Shown here piece by piece: positions 1 to 8,380 of a stretch of DNA of 64,000 bases; the stretch's first letter is position 1, and each line of letters starts with the position of its first letter. The stretch lies in assembly GCA_026936335.1 (NCBI GenBank), contig JAPMXV010000032.1, positions 1-64,000 of the forward strand, written 5' to 3'. The position numbers were made by a program, and so were the translations under genes. The stretch is from Mantamonas sphyraenae STR306. Lineage: Eukaryota; Protista; CRuMs. The notes beneath the pieces are model-generated. The model ran no database searches. It had not been told where the DNA came from and worked only from the letters and a program-made list of their open reading frames with translations.

Positions 1-145
1 ACCCTAACCCTAACCCTAACCCTAACCCTAACCCTAACCCTAACCCTAACCCTAACCCTAACCCTAACCCTAACCCTAACCCTAACCCTAACCCTAACCC
101 TAACCCTAACCCTAACCCTAACCCTAACCCTAACCCTAACCTTAA
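1..145. repeat. Telomeric repeat array (CCCTAA)n, i.e. TTAGGG on the other strand; chromosome end
   Basis: About 23 perfect CCCTAA units from base 1, ending in one variant unit CCTTAA at 140-145. Confidence 0.99.
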
Positions 146-428
146 TTGTGACTCTGAATGTAATATTGAATATGCTTTGTTGAGATGAGTCCGGTCTATG
201 TCACGTGAGTTGTGCTTGTGATGGTTGGCTGGGTGGCTGAGTTGGGTGGTGACATGGGGCAGTGGGCAATGGGTGCAAGTGGAAATGTTGCTCGTGAGTG
301 GCCGTTGTCCTGCAATGCCGCGCAGTCAGCACTGCCCTCCCGCCTTCAACAAAAATATCACCAACACCCACAACACCCTCCACCAGGCCAACACAATACA
401 CATACACTCCTGTACCACCACCAGCATC

Positions 429-3400
429 ATGGACAAAGACTACTCAAGCACTCCGAAGCAACTACAAAAACCCAACACCTACCCAGCGTGCGTTTTGCCT
501 TCCACTCCGTTTTCTGACTGCCCGCTTCTCCATCTTCCTTGCCTCCTCCATGTCTCCGTCGCTTCCCTGCACTCCTCACCTGCATCTCCACTTGCCCATC
601 ACCACCGTTGCTGCCTTCTCCGCTCTTCTCCGATCCCCTCTCCCCTGTCACTGCCCTCCCCGTTGCCGGTTTCCCGGTCTGCCAATCTCCTCCGTTTCCC
701 TCTCTGCTCGTTCCAGCCCCTTCACCCCCGCTTCTGCCCTGACGGCGTCCATTCCGCCTTTCGCTCACCGTTGCCACCCCGCGTTGCCCCTCCCCGTTTC
801 CCCCACAGCTACGCGTACATGGTCCCTCCCATGGCTGCCCAGCCGTTCCCGAACATGCTGCCCGTCTCTGGCGTACAAAACTCGTACCAGCACCCACAAC
901 CACCCATCATCTGGGTCCCTGTCAACACCCACCCGCAGCAGCACTCCGCATACGGCCATCACCATCCACACTACGCCTACCCTCCTCCGCCTCCTCCTCA
1001 GCCGCGACAAACCGCCCAGACGCACTTCGCTCAGCCTCCGGTGCACCGTCCGCCTGCTCAACCCACCACAAACCACAACCGCGTCCCCAAACGCATCGGC
1101 CCTGCCTTTGTCGGCATGACACCGACCACATCCACCACCACATCGTCGTCCTCGTCCCACCAGGCCACACAGCAGACTGGAGACAGCGACGACGACGACG
1201 CAGACCAGGGCACAAACATACATGACACCGGCGACGTGGAGGACTTGATGTTCCTGAACTTTGGCCACCGTGAACCACGGTCAACCTCCAGCAAGTCAGA
1301 CTGGATGACCAGCCCAGGGATGGAGGCGTACGACGAAGACGGCGAGGCAAACGACACAACCCAGCAGCATGTGGACGACGAGATGGATACTCGGGGATCA
1401 CTCAACTTCGCAGACACTGATGATGCCATGGATGAGGAGTACATGCCGCAAGACGACAGCGACGACGACACAGCCGACATGGAGCAGGAGGACTCGGACG
1501 AATGTCAGCCAAGGCGCACATGTAGAGGCCACACACGACGACGCAGAGGCCACGCCAGCCGTCGTATTGATCCACAAACGATGAAAGGCAGCGGACAGCG
1601 CAGGCGCAGGGTCACGGTTGGCAGTGGCACAGAGACAGGAACGTCGAGCACACGGGCAAGGAGGGCCAAGAACGGAGACACCGGCGCACGGAAGAAATCA
1701 GTCGTGGACAAGACGAACAAGTTGCCAGATGGAGTTGTGCGCAAAGGGTGGACAGCGAGAAACAGCGACGAGCGCATGCACAGTAACAAGAAGGAGCACA
1801 CGGCACTGCTGAAGCACATGCACACTCTGGCCAACGAGCATCGAATTGACAACATCCCCGACCTGGTGACCCTGCAGGCGCGTGTTGTGGTCTGCCATGG
1901 CACCCTGAACACGCTGGTCCGACAGATTCAGCTCGCTGTGGGCAACCTTCCCCTCTCCCAAGGCGGCATGGCCATGTGCCTCACCCTTCTCGGCCATGAT
2001 GTGGATCAACAGGCGTGCAGCAATGCCATCAAAGACGCTGGTCTAGCCATGGGTGTGACAAAGGCTGGGTTGAAGGTGTGCTGGCTGGAGGAGCCACACG
2101 ACCACGGCGACCCCAACTACGCCCTCCTCCACCTGCTCATGACAGAGATGGACACTCTCGGCAACAGGACCCATCCCACCAGCTGGAAGGAGCACGAGCA
2201 GACCCAGCTGTGGCTGCAGAAAGCACGACGCCCTGCTGACAACGACAGCGACCCACACTGGACACAATGCGACTACGACCACCTCCTCACCACCATCAAG
2301 ATGTACCAGTGGCATCCTGAGTCTGTGCGCAGTGGCTGGGCAGCGCACAGTCCCAACGACGAGCGTGGCAGCTGCACGGCGCTGGAGTTCCAGACGCTGC
2401 TGGCACACATGAAGGCACGCGCAGCCAAGTACCCTCGCCATCAGCACGCACACGAGCTCCAGTCACTGCGTGATCTGATCAACAACGGCAGCAAGATATC
2501 CCTGCTGCGACACATCATGCTGGCGCTGGGCAACGTTGGCGTGCCACCTGTCGACCTGGCCTTCTTTGTCCGCCTCCTCAGGCCACAACTCAACTACCAA
2601 CTAGTTGCCAGTACCATAAGCAACACCCTCACCCGCGGCGTCACCTCCCTGTCCCTCAAGATCGCCTGGCTCGACATCCCCAAACCCAGCGACGCCACAC
2701 TGCACACCCTCCTCCACACTCTCATCGACCGCATCACACCCCACATCACCACCCGTCCCACCACTCCCGCACTCGTCAACGCCCTGTACATCCCCAAGCT
2801 TGTTCTACCCAAACCCACAGAGGAGGAGATGGTGGCCGTGGAGGATGGGCTGCCAGATGGCGTTGTGTGCAGTGGCTGGAAGTCCTGGCGCAAGGGCGAG
2901 CGCATGCACAGAAACAAGAAGGAGCACACCGCTCTGCTGAAGCACATGCACTCCCTGTCCAACGACCATCCCGTGGACGACATCCCAGACCTCATGACCC
3001 TGCAGGCGCGTGTTGTGGTCTGCCATGGCACCCTGTTGACGCTGATCCGACAGATCCTGCTCGCTCTGGACAACATTCCCCTCTCCCAGGGCGACATGGC
3101 CTTCTGCCTCTCCCTTCTCGGCCGTGACATGGATCAACATGCGTGCATCGTTGCCATCACCAACGCTGGTCTGGCCGTGGGTGTGACAGAGGATGGGTTG
3201 AAGGTGTGCTGGCTGGAGGAGCCACACGACCACGGCGACCCCAACTACGCCCTCCTCCACCTGCTCATGACAGAGATGGACACACTTGGCGACAGGCCCC
3301 ATCCCACCACCTGGAAGGAGCACAAGCAGACCAAGCTGTGGCTGCAGGAAGCACGACGCCCTGCTGACAACGACAGCGACCCACACTGGACACAATGTGA

Positions 3401-3998
3401 CTACGACCACCACCTCACCCCCACCGAGGTGGACAAGTGGCATCCCGAGTCTGTGCGCAGTGGCTGGGCAGCGCAGAGAACAAGCGACGAGCGTGGCAGC
3501 TGCACGGCGCTGGAGTTCCAGACGCTGCTGGCACACATGGAGGCACGCGCAGCCAAGCACCCTCGCCATCAGCATGCACGCGAGCACCAGGCACTGCGTG
3601 AGCTGATCAACAACGGTAACCTGCAGTCCCTGCTGCGTCACATCATCCTGGCGCTTGGCAACGTTGGCGTGCCGCCTGTCGATCTGGCCTTCTTTGTCCG
3701 CCTCCTCAGGCCACGACTCACCTACAAGCAGGTGCAAATTGCCATCAAGGACACCCTCACCCGCGGCGTCACCTCCCTCTCCCTCAAAATCGCCTGGCTC
3801 GACAACCCCAAACGCAGCGACGCCACACTGCACACCCTCCTCCACACCCTCATCGACCGCATCACACCCCACATCACCACCCGCCCCACCACTCCCGCTC
3901 TCGTCAACGCCTACCCCATCCCCCCCTTCACCCTCCCCAAGCGCAAAGACCCTTCCTGCTCCTCCTCTACCTCCTCCAAACGCCAACGCCTCGAATGA
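429..3998 (+). CDS. Telomere-adjacent orphan protein, ~1082 aa: Pro/Gln/His-rich, acidic and basic N-terminal region, four winged-helix-like modules, C-terminal NLS; join(429..487,809..3998)
   Basis: Open frame 225-3998. ATG at 429; GC|GTGCGT donor at 488 and CCCCACAG acceptor at 808 are phase-compatible and remove a low-complexity pyrimidine-rich stretch. Internal 376-aa duplication. Ends PKRK...KRQRLE. Confidence 0.8.
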   Translation: MDKDYSSTPKQLQKPNTYPACVLPSTPFSDCPLLHLPCLLHVSVASLHSSPASPLAHHHRCCLLRSSPIPSPLSLPSPLPVSRSANLLRFPLCSFQPLHPRFCPDGVHSAFRSPLPPRVAPPRFPHSYAYMVPPMAAQPFPNMLPVSGVQNSYQHPQPPIIWVPVNTHPQQHSAYGHHHPHYAYPPPPPPQPRQTAQTHFAQPPVHRPPAQPTTNHNRVPKRIGPAFVGMTPTTSTTTSSSSSHQATQQTGDSDDDDADQGTNIHDTGDVEDLMFLNFGHREPRSTSSKSDWMTSPGMEAYDEDGEANDTTQQHVDDEMDTRGSLNFADTDDAMDEEYMPQDDSDDDTADMEQEDSDECQPRRTCRGHTRRRRGHASRRIDPQTMKGSGQRRRRVTVGSGTETGTSSTRARRAKNGDTGARKKSVVDKTNKLPDGVVRKGWTARNSDERMHSNKKEHTALLKHMHTLANEHRIDNIPDLVTLQARVVVCHGTLNTLVRQIQLAVGNLPLSQGGMAMCLTLLGHDVDQQACSNAIKDAGLAMGVTKAGLKVCWLEEPHDHGDPNYALLHLLMTEMDTLGNRTHPTSWKEHEQTQLWLQKARRPADNDSDPHWTQCDYDHLLTTIKMYQWHPESVRSGWAAHSPNDERGSCTALEFQTLLAHMKARAAKYPRHQHAHELQSLRDLINNGSKISLLRHIMLALGNVGVPPVDLAFFVRLLRPQLNYQLVASTISNTLTRGVTSLSLKIAWLDIPKPSDATLHTLLHTLIDRITPHITTRPTTPALVNALYIPKLVLPKPTEEEMVAVEDGLPDGVVCSGWKSWRKGERMHRNKKEHTALLKHMHSLSNDHPVDDIPDLMTLQARVVVCHGTLLTLIRQILLALDNIPLSQGDMAFCLSLLGRDMDQHACIVAITNAGLAVGVTEDGLKVCWLEEPHDHGDPNYALLHLLMTEMDTLGDRPHPTTWKEHKQTKLWLQEARRPADNDSDPHWTQCDYDHHLTPTEVDKWHPESVRSGWAAQRTSDERGSCTALEFQTLLAHMEARAAKHPRHQHAREHQALRELINNGNLQSLLRHIILALGNVGVPPVDLAFFVRLLRPRLTYKQVQIAIKDTLTRGVTSLSLKIAWLDNPKRSDATLHTLLHTLIDRITPHITTRPTTPALVNAYPIPPFTLPKRKDPSCSSSTSSKRQRLE
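1722..3911 (+). repeat. Intragenic tandem duplication with a 1128-bp period (1722-2783 vs 2850-3911)
   Basis: TGCCAGATGG...CTCGTCAACGCC recurs at an exact 1128-bp offset; long stretches are nearly identical at DNA level. Confidence 0.97.
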
Positions 3999-4016
3999 AC
4001 CACCCTTTCATTCCAT

Positions 4017-7000
4017 TCACCCCATCACCTCCCAATCGCCTCCCCGAATCCTCAACAACCGCGCCAGAGGCCCTCCCGTCACCCCAACATCCTCCCTGTC
4101 ACCAGCGCCCCCCAGCACCACCCGGCCCACAATCCGACTGGCAATGCGCACAAACGCTGCCTGTGCACTCATCACCGCCTCATACCCTCCCTCCCGCACC
4201 ATCACAACCTCACCCTTGCCCAGCCTATCCACACGCACCTCCCCTTCCTCCCCCGGCATCACCACCACCCCGTGCTCGCTCCTGTCCCCGCTGCCTTCCA
4301 ACTCCACATCCACACGCTCAAACACAAAGTCCACCGTGTGACACACCGCCTCCAATCCACACACTTGCTCCACCAACCTCTCGTCCCTCCCTCCCACAGC
4401 CACCACTACCTGCCAACGTGCAGGCATCGACCCTACCGCCTCCAATTCCCCCCGGTTGTATCGCACCTCTTGCATCGCCTGCTGGCCCACGTGCACAAAC
4501 AGGCTCCCCGGCCGTACACGTACTCCTTCCTCTTCCTCCCTCGCCCCTAGACGCCCCATCGCAAGCTCCCACTCCTCCAGCGCGCTCTGCAGGTGCAGCT
4601 CCGGAACCTCATCCCCCAGGCTCCCCTTGCTTTCCACACGCACAACCATCCCATCGTCCACCCCTTCTTCGCTCACCTCGTCCACAGATCCCAACGCACG
4701 CCGCTGCGCAAGCTGCTCTAGGTTTTCGTCCGTCGTCGCACTACGCACCCCACGTGCCATCAAACTCATCACCGGTGATCCAGGTGGCGAGTCCTCCTCG
4801 TAAACACTTGCAGTCGACTCGCTGCGTGATGTCGACGCGTCGCTTGCCACAGACGATGCCCCAAGCACGCTGGGGCGCCGTCCCCCACTGCTTCCTCCCG
4901 CAAGCCCTCCCAACCCTCCCAATCGCTCCATCGGAGGGTACATTGCACCCATGTGTTCTTCCTCCAGCAAAATCGGGTACTCGTCGTCTTCTTCCAAATC
5001 CAAGTTCAGCGCAAGCGCAGGCAGCGGTGCAAGCGTTTCCACACCGTCCATGTCTGTCAAAAGATGCTCCAACAGCCCGTTGCCCTCCTGCTCATCTTCG
5101 CCATCCCCTTCCGTCGATCCGTGGCTGTTCTCGCGCGTCCCACGCCGCCGCTGTACAAACCGCTCGTCCGTCGAAAACGAAAACGCTGTGTTTGGAGACC
5201 GCAGCCCGTCCTGGCTCACACGCACCTTACGACGCCGTGGCACAATCTTGGCCAGACCCGGAGTTAGCGGCCCAGCCATCCCGCTGTCTCCTCTCCCACT
5301 TCCCACAGCCTCTTCTGCACCCACACTTTCGTGCAGCAGACACCGTCCACCCATGCCCATGCACGAGCACTGCATCTCCACACTTTCCTTGCCCTGCACT
5401 GCATTGTTCAGCTGGCCCAGCCAACTCAACGTGCCCGTCGCACACACAAACGTCATTTTGAACCAGTTGAACCGCCCACTCATCACATGCACCACCTGCG
5501 AACGACTGCGCCACACCCGGTGCCCTCCCTCCTTCTCGCTCAGCAGCAAATCATTCACCTCTGCGTCTACGTCTGCCTGCTCCAAGCTCACCCACCCGTT
5601 CTCCGTCCCGTACGCCATCCGCAGCACGCTCTCCACCAGCAACTGCCGCTCCGCACTCCGACGTTCCATCTGCTTCACACACACAAGCAACTCCGTCGCC
5701 ACCTGTTCCCTCTCTCCACGCGGTACCAGCGGCATCCAGCACGACAGCATATGCCACGCAAGCCCAAACTCCATCTCCCCCACCTGCTCCCGAATCCACC
5801 GCACAACAGCCCTCGCTCCGGCTCCGCTCCCTCGGCACCCTCCCTGTACACCCACGGCCAAGTGGTACAGGAAATCGTGTACCTGGACTGCGTTGCCCAA
5901 ACGCAGCACCGTCTCAATGTGCTCCAGCACAAGCTCCGGCCAAAACAAACTCATCATCCCCAGCGCCTCTGCGCACAACCCCGCCGCCTCCTCCATCCCG
6001 CTAGCCAGCCCTTGACCCAGCAGCACCAACACTTCTTTGCTCACGGGCTTCGTATGTGCGTCCGCCTCCATCGCCGTCAGCAGGCCCACAATCCCGCGCA
6101 GCGCACAGTATGCCGGCTCACGATCCACAAACGCACGCTGTTGCACATTCATCGCCAGGAACTGGATCAACACAGACAAGTCCACGCTCTTGAACACATA
6201 GTAGCTGTTGATCAGCCCCAGCAGCGCATCCACAAGCTGCCCTTGCCTCGCCCCATGGTCCCGTTCCGCTTGCAGCCGCCGTTGCAACAGCGACGTAAGC
6301 AGCGACACATCCAAGAACCTGTCCTGCATGCTGCTCCGCACGGACAACTTGGGCAACCGCTCGCTGTCCTCCTCGGGCACCACCTGTGCACTGTAAACTG
6401 CGTAGTTTTCGTCTGCACGCAGGTTCACCAGCGCCGTCAGCGCATGCTGGCTCACAGACGCCCGTGGTGCCTCGCACAGACGCAACAGGACACGGTACAG
6501 GTGCAGGCTCATGCTCGGTGGATGCAGCACCAAGTGCCTCTGAAAAGCTTGCACCAGCCGCCTTGCCGCGCTGCTGCTCACCTGCACAAGCTGCAGATCT
6601 GTGCTCAGCGCAAGCGCTTCCAGATACGCCACACACATCTTGAATTGCTCCAAATTCGGCGTCAGCTTCTCCATCGTCTCCTGCACAACCTCCACCATCA
6701 GCGCCACCTCTGCTGCCTCGTGCGTGTGGCCCTCCATGGACGTTGCCTTCATCACCACCCGCAACAAGTTCACATATTCGTCCTCGTAGATGCCCACAAC
6801 CTCGGGCAGAGACGTTCGCAGCACCTCCACCGCCTGTGTGCACGCCCCGTGACTGCGCGCGTCCACCACAAACGCACTCACAAACGCAAACATGTTGTCC
6901 ACCCATGCAGGGTGCCACACGCGCAGTCGCTCCCCAAAGTTCTCCAGGTACATCGTGCACGCCGTCTCGTCCCCTGCCATCAACAGCAGGTGGTGCAGGC

Positions 7001-8253
7001 TTTCCGCCAAGTCGCTCGCCTCGCCCTTGTACTCCCGAAGGTGGATCAGCGAGTGCAGGTGGTCAATGATATCCTGGAACAGCGTCGCAATGTTTGCATG
7101 CTGCTGTGTCAACGGGTGCAGCAGCTCCAGGATGCGTCGCAAAATGTCCCACTCCGCCCCGAGTTCGCTGCCATACTTGCGGATCAAACGATTCAGCGCA
7201 AGCAGCACTTCGTAGCACAAGATCGCTTGTGTGTGCTTCACGGCCGCCAGCATCGCCGGCAACACGCACGAGAATTTCAGGTGCTCATCCGCGACTCTTT
7301 GCGACCCCCAGCTGGCCATCCCCAGAAAATACACTGCACCACGCAACTGCGACAGTGCTTCCTGTTGGTGTCGCTTGCTGCAATCACACACACACACACA
7401 CAATTGACCACACACACACCTTCCGTGTCAGCTTTCCGCGCATGCCGTTTCGCACCTGCTCCCCCTCCTTGCCCCCCGTCCGCGCTACCCACCTCTTGCT
7501 GCTTGCCTGAAGCGTCCGAGTCAGCACCTGCGTCGTTTTGTACTTGTAGTCCGACTGCAACAGGGTGCGCATCACCTTCCAGCTGTGCTGCGAAAGCTCC
7601 TGCAGGTTGATCGCCACGCACAGCACAAGCACCACTTGCTCCAGCGCCCTGTGTGGCACGTAGGGCTGGTTGGCCGCCAGATTCAGCACAGACAAGCACT
7701 GGTTGGCCACTGTGTTCAGCTTGTCATAGTACACCGAACACACACGCTCCAGCAGCTGCGTCAGCGCCAGAATGAGCGGTCCCAGCGTGTCCCTGTGCTT
7801 GTTCAGAGCCAGACATTGCGCCACGTCCGACAACAACGTCAGAGCCATGTCCACTCCTTCCGCTTGCGTCATCGACGGCGCCTGTACAAAGAACGACTGC
7901 AGGATCGTCGCCACCAGTGCGGGATCCTGGCCCAGATCCACGTAGTTGTTTGTCAGCAGCCGAACCGCCTTCAGCCTCAATGTCAGCTCCCCCCGCCCGG
8001 CTGCCTCGATGTCCTCTGCAATGCGCAGTCGCAGCTGCTCCTTGATTCCCGAGTGCTGATATTGCAGCAGAAGAAAGAGCAGCGACCACCCAAACCTCGC
8101 CAATTCCAACGACTCCTCCTGGATCAGGTCATGCAGCGCCTCCCACACAGCCCCGACGTCCTCCACACTCTCTTCTTTCAACTGTGGAATAAATGCCTGG
8201 ATGGCCCGCAGCCTAGCTTCCGTGGTCGGCGGGCCCAGCTCGTCCACGTCCAT
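4017..8253 (-). CDS. TSC2: Tuberin (TSC2) homolog, ~1373 aa, with a degenerate RapGAP domain; complement(join(4017..7377,7493..8253))
   Basis: INLQELSQHSWKVMRTLL, LRGAVYFLGMASWG and YEVLLALNRLIRKY...EWDIL match tuberin N-terminal motifs (INVKELCEPCWKLMRNLL, LRGAVFFVGMALWG). GT-AG intron 7378-7492 joins two ORFs in frame. Confidence 0.9.
7385..7419 (+). repeat. Intronic (CA)n microsatellite
   Basis: cacacacacacacaca tracts in the TSC2 intron; similar CA/GT tracts near 14210, 15020, 43590 and 52990. Confidence 0.8.
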
Positions 8254-8380
8254 CTCGTGTTGTCCTGTGCCCCCCGCCGCCCCTACCCCCCCACCCCCAT
8301 CCCCCCACCCAACAACGACACAACACGTCACCTTCCTCATGTGCCCTATGCCCGTTCCTCCAATGGCCCCAAATCAACCC

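Noticed and set aside
225-428. Upstream extension of the 1257-aa ORF
   Set aside because: It begins at a non-ATG codon in non-coding-looking subtelomeric sequence; ATG 429 with intron 488-808 is a better model.
140-3998. Telomere-specific retrotransposon, Y'-type helicase or piggyBac element (TTAA at 142-145)
   Set aside because: No RT, endonuclease, helicase or DDE motifs, terminal inverted repeats or poly(A) tail; the TTAA is part of a variant telomere repeat.
3995-7610. Long plus-strand ORFs (488, 354, 759 aa) antisense to TSC2, and many similar shadow ORFs across the window (e.g. 56889-58988, 12511-13566)
   Set aside because: They are Pro/His/Arg-rich by-products of high GC content and codon bias on the true coding strand, with no recognisable domains.
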